The notes beneath the pieces were generated by a model. It ran no database searches. It worked only from the letters and a program-made list of their open reading frames with translations, and had not been told where the DNA came from. DNA of 63,827 nt, counting the filler, from Reticulomyxa filosa (Eukaryota; Protista; Foraminifera), in assembly GCA_000512085.1 (NCBI GenBank). It is 19 parts of 19 records of this genome, joined end to end, with 100 filler letters (N's around TTAATTAATTAA, not from the genome) between each part and the next. Parts side by side here need not be neighbours in the genome. Positions count along the whole stretch, not along the records: positions 1 to 5,672 come from ASPP01017678.1; positions 5,773 to 11,500 come from ASPP01006418.1; positions 11,601 to 14,974 come from ASPP01015743.1; 16 more parts are not named here. One strand, given 5' to 3'. Shown here piece after piece: positions 1 through 11,639 of the stretch (its first letter is position 1; each line of letters starts with the position of its first letter). The translations under genes were made by a program, and so were the position numbers.

Positions 1-151
1 TAATAAAAAACCAAAATGATATTTAAAAAGTACATGATTTGTAGATATTTTTTTAAAATAAAAAAAAATTAGGTCTGAATGTTGTTTTTTCATTTAGAAA
101 ATCAATCATTTCTATAATGTGCCGTTTTAGGTGTCAACTTTACTTTGCATT

Positions 152-409
152 CTACTGTAGTATAAATGTCTCATTGGATGATCTAAAATCAATTTTATGT
201 GCAAAGTTATTTAAAACTTTATGTTTAAAGGATTTATGAATGCAATTGATTTCCATTGGGTTGTTGGCGACTTGTTTGCAAATCAAACAAATGACATTGT
301 GACTATCTTTCTGCTGATCCAGTTGTAAATCCAATTTTTATCAAAGCAGACTGTTGTTGAAAAACCGATCTCAGATCCGTTTTTCCACTGTTTTTGCTTT
401 TTCTTCCAT
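152..409 (-). pseudogene. Frameshifted remnant of a RING/TRAF-like zinc-binding N-terminal domain gene
   Basis: Switching frames gives MEEKAKTVE / GSEIGFSTTVCFDKNWI / LQLDQQKDSHNVICLICKQVANNPMEINC, with an early TGA and two frameshifts. Clearly related to 51497-51801 (CFKKEWL...MCCICNQIANNAMELHC). Confidence 0.7.
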
Positions 410-706
410 ATTACTCAGTTTCTTCCTTTTGGTCCTTGGTTTCTTGTTTAGATGATATAGATGAAGTTATTATGGAGGTTTTTTTGAACTAGAGAGGTTT
501 TGTTGTGGCCAGCTCTAATTTTTTTTAAAATAAAGTTACACCATTAAAAAAATTCATGCAACACAGTTGTCTTTACTTTTAAAAATTAAAAAAAAATATT
601 TTTTAAATGCTGAAATCATGTGAGAAGTAGACAAAACATTTATTGTTGAAGATGATTTTATTTGGTATTTGTGGATAAGCTTGGAGTGTAAAGAGTGTAT
701 TATTCA

Positions 707-2085
707 TTATCCCCAAATACGAATCAAGCCAATATGTGACCCATAACACAGATTAACACCAATGTCATCACTGCTTTTGCTCTTTTCATTCTTTTTTAAT
801 TGCAAAAATTTAAAACATGTTATTCCAATATCTTTTTTATCATCTCCTTTGATTATATACAATTCTTTCTTATTTGATCGAACGTCCCAAAAACGAATTG
901 TATTATCAGTTGATCCAGAACATATCACATTTGAATTGTTATCATTATCTATTATAAATGGTGAATATTCAACAGCATTCACATAATGTGTATGTCCATT
1001 GAATACTTGAGTTTGTTCACCGGATCGAATATCCCACAAACGAACACTTTTATCGAATGATCCAGATAATATTGTATTCAATAATTCATTTGATCCATAT
1101 TTTACACTCCTCACTGCATTTTCATGTCCTTTAAATATATTCAATTGTTTGATTGTTTCAATATCCCATATTCGAATAGTATTATCATCTGATCCAGAAC
1201 AAATTGTATATCCATTTCCACCAATCACGCCAATATTACTTTTATTATCACTCTTGTTGTTATTGGTTTGTAATGGTGAAATATCAACACACCAAACAGT
1301 TCTTTCATGTCCATTGAAAACATGTAATGATTTTGATGTTTCAACATCCCATAACCAAATAGTATTGTCACCAGACCCAGAACACAAATATCTACCACCA
1401 TTAAATGGCGAAAATTCAATACCGCAAACACCACCAGTGTGTCCATTGAATATTTGTAATTGTTTATTATGTTTGAAATCCCAAAAATGGATAGTTTTAT
1501 CCCACGACGAAGAACAAATGACATTTTGCTGGTAATTATGATAATGATATGACGAAAATTTCACACAAAACACATAATTTGAATGTCCATTGAATGATTG
1601 AACTTGTTTTGTAGTCTCTGTGTCCCACACACGAACTGTCTTATCATCTGATCCAGTACAAATGAATCGATCATTGTTAAATGTTGAATAATCAATACTC
1701 CACACAATATCATTATGTCCAGTGAATGTTTTAAGTAGTTTGGATGATGAAGAAAATATGTCAAACATGAAGACAGTAGTTGCCTGTCGTGTTATGATTA
1801 TATATAATAACAACAAATAAATGTTGGAAGATGTCATTTTCATTTGAATGAAAAACAAAAATATCACATACATAATTGGCAATAAGTTTTTCAAAATCAC
1901 GAATCCATCCAAATTTGGTGTGCAATATTCGAATCCAATATTGTACAATTACTTGAATCTTTTCTTCTTCAGACTGTTTTAATCAAAAATTACATACAAC
2001 AAAAAAACATTTTCTGAAATCTTGTAATAAAGCTTACCAACTCTAGTTGTGTTGAAGTTCGGCTCTCATTATTAAGAGTTGTCAT
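707..2085 (-). CDS. WD40-repeat protein, 3 exons (2085-2038, 1973-1872, 1783-707), ~408 aa: short leader + cassette module + WD40 propeller
   Basis: Repeated GH...GS.D.T+R+WD motifs. GT-AG phase-0 introns join MTTLNNESRTSTQLEL / SEEEKIQVIVQYWIRILHTKFGWIRDFEKLIANY / ATTVFMFDIF...IRIWG*. Confidence 0.9.
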
Positions 2086-3254
2086 TTTTCAACTTTTTGT
2101 TAAGATAGTCTTTGATGATGCAAAATGGGAAACGATTAAACTTTTTTCCATCAAAAGCAACGAAAGGGGTTGTCAAATATTTTGGCAGTATTAAAAGCAG
2201 AGTTTTTAATGAAGACAAGAAATTTGAAAAAAACTTATCGAAACTTTGAAAAGTTTTTCAACTGTTCTTTTTGGCTTTGAGAATATAATCTGACACAACT
2301 TTTACAAGCGATAAGTGTCTGATACTTCATTAATACGAGTCTCCTCAGGATACTTCTCTTCCATTTCTGTCTGAATTTGCATTTTGTCTATTGTAATTCG
2401 AAAAAATTAGTGTAAACGGCGTTCATAAGTTATTCAGAGTCTTTTTTTAGATTTTTTTGAAACAAAAAACTGTATGATTTCTTGTACTCTTTTGAGTTTG
2501 AAAATTGACCTAATTGATTCATATTACTTGAATCTTATGGCCTTTCGAGCAATCAAGATATTTGCAATAAATATTTTTGTTTAACAGAGAGGCTATGATC
2601 ATACTTTGTCCACCTGCAACAACCATTTTTCTTCATAACTGCTAGAAAAACATTTAAAATAGCATTATTTCACATGTGCACCACCTATAATCTGATGTTA
2701 TTGTGCTCACTTTCTTCAATAAGCAAGCATTTTTAAAAAATAACACAATTATTTCAAGTTTTTAACGTAATAGTTGTAGAATGATTTAAAATTGAAAAGA
2801 TGGTGAGGAGGATCCATTTTGATTTGAAATTTTTAAATTAGTCTATTTGTAATTTTTATAAAGGTCATGCTTTCTGGTACTTTTTTTGTACAATGTCTTT
2901 TTTTAATTTCAAAAGAAAATTGCTCCAACAATTTTAGTTTTACATTTACTTTCGACACTTTTCGAGGTGTTATTAAATATAATTAAGGACGTAAGGACAA
3001 ATTTATGATAAAATATGAATATTCAAAAAAATTGTTTAGCTGCAAAAACTATTATTTATTTTGTTATCAAAAAAACATGGAGGTTAACCCTTACTACTGA
3101 AGATGCAGTGGAAAAAAAATGAAAGCTTCATTGAGACATAATTAATCTTTTTTTTTCATTAACAAACCCCTGAGGGGAAAAACAAATAATAACAGGATTT
3201 TCTACTGATTTGTCCAAAACCCTTTGCCAACTTGCAAAAAAAAAAATCAACTTT

Positions 3255-4564
3255 TTAACCTAATGCAATGACATCTGCACATTGATAGTAGGAGGAGCCA
3301 GAATTTGTTTGGTAAATAGCCTATTTATAACCCACGTTACAACACATAATTTTACAAAAAAAAAGACTCAAAATTTGGGCCAAGTTTTAGATGCTCTCCC
3401 TTTTCTTTTTATTTCATTTGTAGCCAAAAACTTCGACAAAGTTCACACAACAAAAAAAAAAACTAAACTTGGACAACATAGGCTTCTTCACTGACCAAAT
3501 TGGTAGGAACTTTTGCATAGATCTGGTAAAGAGTTCCGGCGGTGGCATTTGTGTCTGGAACACTTCCGATATTGTCCACCAAGTTCAATGACTTGCTGTT
3601 CACACGAGAGCCAACCAAAAGATGTTTTATTTATTTATTTACTTATTTATCTCACGCCAGCTTTCAAAGCCGAGTCACTTATGAAAAGCAAGAAGACACT
3701 CTGGCACGATCAGCCATTCATATCTCACAACATGAAAGGGACCGAGAAGAAATTTTTTTTTTAAAAAAAAGATGCAAAGGTGAGGGTAGCTCTCTCATCT
3801 AAAAAAAAAAATTATTCAAACAAAAACACACAAACAAAGACAAATCATTTGTAACTCGAGCAAATTGACGATGAAAGATCCAGGGTTAGCTGTATTTATT
3901 TGTATTTTTGTTGAGAGAATTTGAGGTTGTGTTTCCTTCAAAAAAAAAAAAAAAAAGTGTATACGTTTTTTTTAAAAAGCTATCTTTCCTTTTTTTAAAA
4001 AAAAACTATAATAAAACTAAAAAAGGGAGAGATACGGTCAAGATGGAAAAAAGGGGGCAAATTAAAACACTTCAAAAAACGAACAAAACGCAACTGGCAT
4101 TATAATGGTTGGCGTTCTTGAGCAACACATACACCCATTCGGAATTGTCACTGATGAATTCTATTTTTTTTTTTTATACATGGTTCTCTTCTCCTCCATC
4201 GGTATGCGTAATCAAACAACATAAAAAAAAAAAGATGAAAAAAGAATTGACACAAGGTTACCTATTACTCTTTCATCAGCAGGTGCACCTCCGCATGGGG
4301 AGGCTATAACACAAATTTTTATTTTAATGGGTTTCGCACATAAGAGAGAAATGTAGAACGGGTTGGATTTTTTTTTTGAAAAAAATCACTATGGAAATTT
4401 TTTTTTCTTGCGCTTTTTTGCGGAACAGAACTTGTCAGACCACACGCAGGATTGGCAACTTGGTTGATATTGATTCCTTTTTCTTCTCTTTGATAAGGGT
4501 TCAACAAGCACAGGTGAGACAACGCACCGACTAAAAAGAAACTCAATACTGCTAATACTTTCAT
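3255..4564 (-). CDS. Secreted histidine-brace copper-binding (LPMO-like) protein, 6 exons (4564-4432, 4303-4262, 4160-4095, 3889-3856, 3595-3469, 3320-3255), 155 aa
   Basis: All five introns are GT-AG with matching phases; spliced length 468 nt. Signal peptide ends ALS|H, mature N-terminus HLCLLNPYQR, second His in KNANHY, C-terminal YYQCADV. Confidence 0.8.
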
Positions 4565-5290
4565 TGTTACTTTTGATTGTAACAGGACTCCTCAAAATTA
4601 ATTCCTGACGGGGAAAAAGGGGGCGTAAAAAAAAACCTTTGACAAAAAAATTCTTCTCTTGGAATTTGCTTTGTACAGTAAACTTATAACCAAGCTACGT
4701 TAGTTGATAAAGATAAAATGCCTGTTTTCACGAGGCTAACGTAGGCGACATTATAGATGCACTTTTCAAAGTCGCACTCCTTCAGAAATGTTTTTTGGTG
4801 ATTTTCGCTTGGCAAAAGGGTAAAAAAAAAACAGAGTTGTCGGAAGAGTGACGTTGTTGGTAAGCTTTAAGAGAAAAACGTAATGCAAAGTACTGGCTTT
4901 TCTGGCAAATGCTAACAAAACAAAAATGAATTAATTACAAAAAGAAAAAAAACAAGAGAGGAATGTTTGGAAAGTAGTGGAGAATTTTTAGAAAAACTGC
5001 TCCTTTGGAACTTTGTGTGGCAACGTAAGAAAAATATATTTTATTGTGTAGATGATGTTATTGTTTTTTTTGTTTTATTTTGCGGAAAGAAGGAGTGAAT
5101 CTTTTGTAACAACTGTCGACAAACAACATTTTTTCGTATTATCCTTTTCTTGTGTAGTACATATAACCAAAAGGTATCCTTCTTTGCAATACTATTTATA
5201 ACTAACTAACAGCCTCAAGGCACACAAAAATATAAACAAGAAGGTTCAAGGAAGTGTAATAATATATATTTAAAAAAAATTGTTGAGGTA

Positions 5291-5499
5291 ATGTCATTAA
5301 ACAAAGCCCAGCAAATGTTAGCATTTGACGTGGTTCCAGTCAAAGAACTGTTGACAACCTTACATAGGGGAGATATTGTTGCAGCAGGGAAGTATATAGG
5401 AGCGATTCGGTACTTGGGTCCACTAAAAAAAGAAAAGGGGACGAACGGTACTGGGAACGTCACTCAACTGTGGGCGGGCATTGAATTGACAGAGCCAAG
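5291..5499 (+). CDS. CAP-Gly domain protein, 5' fragment (truncated by contig end)
   Basis: GAIRYLGPL...WAGIELTEP matches the N-terminal half of CAP-Gly; a GT donor follows near 5500. Confidence 0.75.
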
Positions 5500-5672
5500 T
5501 TGGGTGTGTCTTTTGTCAAAATCAGTTGTTTTTATTTTCGTTATTATTATTTTTTTTTTGTGAAATAAGGAAGGAGGAATGTTTCCTTTGTGTCAATCCG
5601 CGGGATGGTGTGTTAAACAGAGCCAACATAGAGGAGTTTGCAAAGAGGGGGGAGGGAGGAGGACGGAAGGGG

Positions 5673-5772
5673 NNNNNNNNNNNNNNNNNNNNNNNNNNNN
5701 NNNNNNNNNNNNNNNNTTAATTAATTAANNNNNNNNNNNNNNNNNNNNNNNNNNNNNNNNNNNNNNNNNNNN
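5673..5772. other. Artificial contig-joining spacer (first of 18 identical copies)
   Basis: N44-TTAATTAATTAA-N44 (stops in all six frames), exactly 100 bp. Copies start at 5673, 11501, 14975, 17580, 27640, 28933, 32963, 34290, 37550, 38871, 41088, 45797, 48100, 51802, 53360, 57991, 59725 and 61320. Confidence 0.98.
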
Positions 5773-5852
5773 ATTTTTTTTTTTTTTTTTTTTTTTCTTC
5801 CCCCCCCCCTTTTATCACCCTCCCTCCCTTTTTAATGGCTAACACATTAAAC

Positions 5853-6338
5853 CTTTGGGAAATAGGTTTGGAGCAGATGGATTGCGTCGTCAATTCTACC
5901 GTCTTGAATTGATGTCACGATTTCCAATTTCCGCGGCTGGAACGTTCGCTCCGTGTCTTTTTTGTTTGTTTATTTGTTTTTCGATATTAACAGCCAAATT
6001 GTTTAAACCGAAATTAAACACAAACAATCAAAAAATAAAATACAAAATTATTTTTTTTTAAAAAAAAAAAAAAGACAAACTTTTGCACTCCAACTTTGCT
6101 TCTTCTGCAAATATTTCTGCTATATCGATGTGTCCTTCTTTAATCAGATATTCTTCAATCAATTCATCCACACATCTATTGCACACATAAAGTACCCCTT
6201 TGCTAGTCACGCCAGACTTGGCTGTCTTTACTTCTCTTTTTACCTATGATCAATATCCACTTCGAGTTTGTGGAGATTGGAAGAATTCCCCCAATTAGAT
6301 GCTTTCATATGCGTTTGCAATATATCAAGCTCCTCCAT
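5853..6338 (-). CDS. LisH-CTLH protein (GID8/TWA1-like CTLH E3 subunit), first three exons, 3'-truncated
   Basis: Spliced reading MEELDIL...VDIDHR / CVDELIEEYLIKEGHIDIAEIFAEEAKL (LisH) / TERTFQPRKLEIVTSIQDGRIDDAIHLLQTYFPK (CTLH). Confidence 0.75.
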
Positions 6339-6655
6339 ATTCAGCGTAGATTCAATTTCAAAAAAAAAATTCAAACAAAGTTCAGTTTTTCTCCTTTGGC
6401 TGCTCTTCACGAGACTGTGATACCCATCAGAATCCGTGCACTTTAATGAACTTTGGCCAAAACATAGAAAATATTCTATAAATAAAAAAAGACTGTACGA
6501 TGCACGATCCTGTAACTTATGTTCTGCACTTTCCAAAAATTTTTATTTAATCATTTTGTGCTTTTAATTTGTTTTGTTTAATAAATGTAAAATTTAAAAT
6601 GCAGCAAAAGAAAACTACTACAACTACAAAAATGAAACATAAAACAATTCATCGG

Positions 6656-7243
6656 TCACAACCGAAGTTGTGGATCGTTGACAAGTTGTTCATACTTGTC
6701 TTGGAACAATGTGGCTCTAAGACGCAAACTGGCTTGGATACTACAAATACTACATAACCCCCAAAGCGCCGCGAAAACCAAACAATAAACCTGATAGCTA
6801 CTGTTTTTTTGTTTGATGGCGTTCACTGCGTAAGTTAGAATAATCATGATATGGGAAATAATCAATAAGAAGCAGTAAATGTTCCACATCGTCCTTTGAT
6901 TGTGGTTCCTTTGTAAATCGTTTTGTCTTTTCTTATGCAATCGATTAACATTAGCAGTTTGGTCATCTTTGCAAACGCAATAAATACCAATAATGCCAGT
7001 GACAGCCCCAAACATTAACGACACCACACCAAAGTCAAATTCATGCTTTAGTGTCCAAATCAAAGAAACCACCCAAAGTATGACGCTTACGATCACAAGG
7101 GCTGTGGAGTACACTAGTACAGCCTGTTTCCGAGCATGAGCGGTGTTATCATTGTCAAGATGCTTGGGTTTGGGTGCTTGCCCAAAAGTCGTACCGAACT
7201 CCAACTCTGGGAGCTCAGGATCTTGTCCGGTAGTATCATACAT
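6656..7243 (-). CDS. Hypothetical ~195-aa membrane protein with about four hydrophobic helices
   Basis: Single ORF with ATG start, two pairs of hydrophobic segments separated by a basic/polar loop; no family recognised. Confidence 0.7.
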   Translation of the reverse strand: MYDTTGQDPELPELEFGTTFGQAPKPKHLDNDNTAHARKQAVLVYSTALVIVSVILWVVSLIWTLKHEFDFGVVSLMFGAVTGIIGIYCVCKDDQTANVNRLHKKRQNDLQRNHNQRTMWNIYCFLLIISHIMIILTYAVNAIKQKNSSYQVYCLVFAALWGLCSICSIQASLRLRATLFQDKYEQLVNDPQLRL

Positions 7244-7769
7244 TGTCTAGTTTCCCGCTTCAAGTTCAAATTTTTTTGTAAGTTAACAGAGGCTCTTCAT
7301 TTTGTTTAGTTTTTCGTTTTACTGGTAGTTATTTGAAACAATATATAATTTGTTTCCTCTCTGGAAAATATTTTATAAGGTTAGATTTATCATGCATTTA
7401 ATTTCTTTACTTCAACCTATTCATTATGAGACCTCTGTATTATTTTTTTGTTACGATTTGTTGATTAACAATGCCTGTTGTTCGTTTTCTGGGCGTGTAT
7501 ATTATACGCTTAATTTTTTACAGACGACTTTGTGTTTTACACAAGAAAAAAGTAGTGTTTTTTTGTGTTAAAAAACTCTAACAGTTTCATTAAAGAATAA
7601 ACTTTTCAAATACAAGATCTATTATTCCACTTTCAAAAAAAAAATTGTAAATGACGTTGAACATGGAAGGGAATATGAGGTGGCCAGGTTTGTTAGAACT
7701 TTAAAAACCATTGCGTGAAAAAAACCAATTTAAAACAGCAGAGAGTATTGATAAGAACAAAGTTGCTGA

Positions 7770-10700
7770 ATGGCAATGAAAATGGCAACAGATCAAAGTA
7801 TAGGTTTTAAAGAGGAAAACTCCTTGCATTTAGATGGTGATAATCTGTCAAGTATTGTCAATGTTGACGGTGTCAACGGAAACAATATATCGGAGATTCC
7901 TTGGTTTGCATTATCAAAAAAGTCTTCAGCAATGGGAGACAACCAGAACAAAGTTAATTTTTTTCAATTTTTTTTTTAAGGGAGGAAATAGCCTCACTTT
8001 TAACGATCGTTTTTTTTTTTACAATTTTCAAAAAAAAAAAAAGGCAGTATTATTATCACCTAATCCTAACACGAATCTGGTTTGCATTATATTTATCATT
8101 ACAATAAACTGATCAATTAGTCTTTCTGTGCGTGTTTGTACACAAAACAATTAGCTGATGAAATATGACACTTGTTCCCCTGAAGATCAAGCTTTTGGAG
8201 AGAATGAAGGTTTTGACAACACATCAAATTCTGATTCAAAATATCAACGAGCAGCTCCAAAGCAATTAATGGATTATTCTTTACTTAACAACAATGACTT
8301 TGAGTTGATTGGGCTTATCTCTCTCTCTCTCCCTCTCATTGCCTTTTTTTTTTTTTTTTTTTCCTACATCCGTGTTCACAAAGAAATTGGAAAGCCAATT
8401 TCGATAGCAAAAAAAAAAAACAATGTATAACAAAAAAAAACAGAGCAAAATTAGGGGAAAGGTTGGTTTTTGGAGAGAAAGAAAATGAGGAAACGTATAA
8501 TAAAAACGGTCAGCTGCAACAGCAAACCAAAAATGACAACAATGCAAATTCAAGCGATTCACCGTTTTTGGCCACTATGTCTTTGGCAAAGTTTGAAAAG
8601 AGTAACAACAACGGATTCACACAAAACATGGGTGTTTAGTAATATAAACACATAAATCTATTTTGGTGACAAAACTTGTGTTTAATGTTTATATGTTGTG
8701 GTAATGTTTGCTATCCGATTGCAAACGTACGTGAAACATAATTATTGACACAAATAACCAAAAAAACTAGTCTCGACGCCCAAAGCCACGAGGGATGCAT
8801 TTGTTGGTCGAAAAGGATCGCACTGAAGATAATCCAAAAGAAAAAGACCAAGATATGCTGTATTCCAGTGACCCATTTAACCAAAAGTAACTCAGCGAGT
8901 ACACACTTTACCAACTTGTTAAACTAAGTAAACAAACATCAAATGTGATGGAGGATAGGAAATCGCTGTTCGTCGGTGGTGCGGGTCTTTATGCAATCGA
9001 TAGCAAAAAAGAAGTGGATGATCAGACGATTGCCGAAAACGGGGAGCATCTTCCCTTTCCTTCGGATGACACGGCCAGAGGAGCAAGTCGGGTGTATGCC
9101 AATGACAACACAAGGAGAGAATCAGTCAAGAACAGACCCGAAGTCCAAAGTGGTTCAACAAGTCCAAGTCCACCAAGTTAACACTGCCCAACAAAAAAAT
9201 ACACATAAAAGTTGCTATTATTATTATTATTACTATTGTCTGTGTGTGTATGTGTGTGTGTGTATGAACAACGGACATTGATTCATCCGTGTTAATGCTT
9301 GCTTTGAAACATGTCATAGAAAATAGTGAGGATGATACGTATAAATACTCTCGTGAAAATGTGTCGTTGCACAATCGTCATGGAAAACAGAAAACAGCAT
9401 CGCAAGTTCTCAACAGTTTGAAACATGTAGCACCGTTTTCCGCATCTTACTCACCAACGGCAGCGCAAGAAAGTGGCACTGCACAATCCCACGCAAAAGT
9501 GCAAGAAAACGCTGATAAAGACCTCGACATAAGGACCGAACGTAACGGTTTAGGCTTGGACGAATTTCTTTTGCAGCAAAAGAATGTCGTCCGCGATCAG
9601 TTAAAAAGCAATTACAACTCATCTCTTTCTTTATTTTCTCATTCGCACAAATCTAGAGTATGCATTCAAAATCACAACAGTGATCACTCCAATGGAATTG
9701 CTCATGAAAGTTCATCCTTTGTTAAAGAGGTAATGTACACTGCAATCAAACAATCCATTTAATGTGTCTATGTATTTTCTTTTTTTTTTTTTTTTTACAA
9801 AATAAGCAAACAAATAAATAAGGATGTTTCCAACAGCCAGTTTCAACAGAAACCTGTGAATAATTGTAATGCAGTCCCAATTCCTAAATATTTATTGCCA
9901 CAAGGTCTATAAATAAATAAAAAATTTGCTTTTTGTTCCAGGAACATTCTCTTATTGTTTTACGTTTGCAAATTAGTTAAAATTTGTCTTTTACACAATT
10001 TTGTTGCATGTATGTGGGCTTGATCAGGCACCAAACGTATCCATGTGAATCAATTGAATTACATCCAACGATTTTATCAATTTAAAATCAACGTAAACAA
10101 CGACAAAATATCAAACAATGAAACTGATATCAAAACTCAAATGCACGAGAGAGTTCAACTATACATATCGAGAACTTTCAGTGAAAATGCAAAACCATTG
10201 TTAAACGTCGTTACCTATCAACCTAAGACTGAGATGGTGACGGTCCTATTACAATTTAGTCACTGTCCTTTTGGAAACAATGAAAGTACCAGAAATACGG
10301 ATTTCTCACAATGTGTTATGACAGAGGACAAAAATCATGGAGTTAATAATGGGTCTTATGCCAAAGACAACAGCATAAATGGTATAGTCAAAGAAGTACC
10401 TGACAATCCAGTGTCAGCCATGACTTATGATAACCAAAGTATTGAACAAAATGGCATTTCAAAAGGTACGAGATAAAAAGAATGCAAATCTTTTATTTTT
10501 TTATTATATTGCATGTTCCCTTAATACTAATGTGAGAGGACTTATGACAAAAAAACATTCCAACTAGATTTGGAAAATAACTTTAAGTTATATCGCAATC
10601 ACAATGAAGGTACCGAAAAAATGCAACATTTTTCAAAAAATGGAACTTGTGCTAATCGAGGCACAGAAATAAACCCTTTGTGCAGTGAAGCCAATACAGA

Positions 10701-10797
10701 ACTCCCTAATTGGGTTCGGCATTTCTTATCCTTTCAAGAAATAAATGAAATCATGGACCAATCTGTGAAACCGTTTTTCACTGAATTAAGCGGATGA
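7770..10797 (+). CDS. Multi-exon hypothetical N/S/Q-rich protein (exon structure approximate)
   Basis: Series of same-strand coding-like ORFs (7770, 8158, 8945, 9289, 10045, 10570) separated by AT-rich GT-AG segments; no domain recognised. Confidence 0.55.
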
Positions 10798-11639
10798 AAT
10801 GCTTATTTCTCTTTATTCACATATCGCATTGTTTTGCTTGTAAGAGTTTCGTATTTTATTGTTTGCAAAAAATTATTTACAAAATATTAAATTAAATTAT
10901 TTACAGTAATTTAACTAATGCTCCATCCAACTTCATAGCAGACTCTGTATTAAATCTAATGCATCAACCTTGTTTTACTTAAATTCTGATTGCATTACTT
11001 TCTTTCTTGTATCAAACAAATGTAAAAAAATGTAATCTTTCAGATGTGCACAATTGACAATACCTTGAAATTCTGATCATTACAAAAATATTGCAAAAAA
11101 CAGAAGCAACATACAAATACCTCAACATTTGCAAGATCATAGCTTACTTCCATAAAAGTAAGATTTAAAGTTTGGAAAGACACTAAAGAAATGTAAACAT
11201 TCAATTAAAAGCTTGGCAGTTAACAGAGGTGATAAGTTGAACGAGAATCGTAGTTGACGTCTCTAAAGAAACAAAATTTTACACAACAAAAAGACGTACG
11301 CTAAGAAATTTTTTAATAGTGCAAAAACAGGAGGGATACCATTTTTATACCCGTAAGCAAGTGTCACTCTTTCGGAAATTGAGGCTTTCTGACATACCAC
11401 TGTTTGACTGCACGAACGTCGATGGTGGACTACTCTGACTCAACCCATACATTGGAACATTCCCAATATTTACAGCTTTGCCAATGTTTGCAAAATGTCC
11501 NNNNNNNNNNNNNNNNNNNNNNNNNNNNNNNNNNNNNNNNNNNNTTAATTAATTAANNNNNNNNNNNNNNNNNNNNNNNNNNNNNNNNNNNNNNNNNNNN
11601 AAAAAAAAAAAAAATAAAAAAAAAAAAAAAAAAAAAAAA

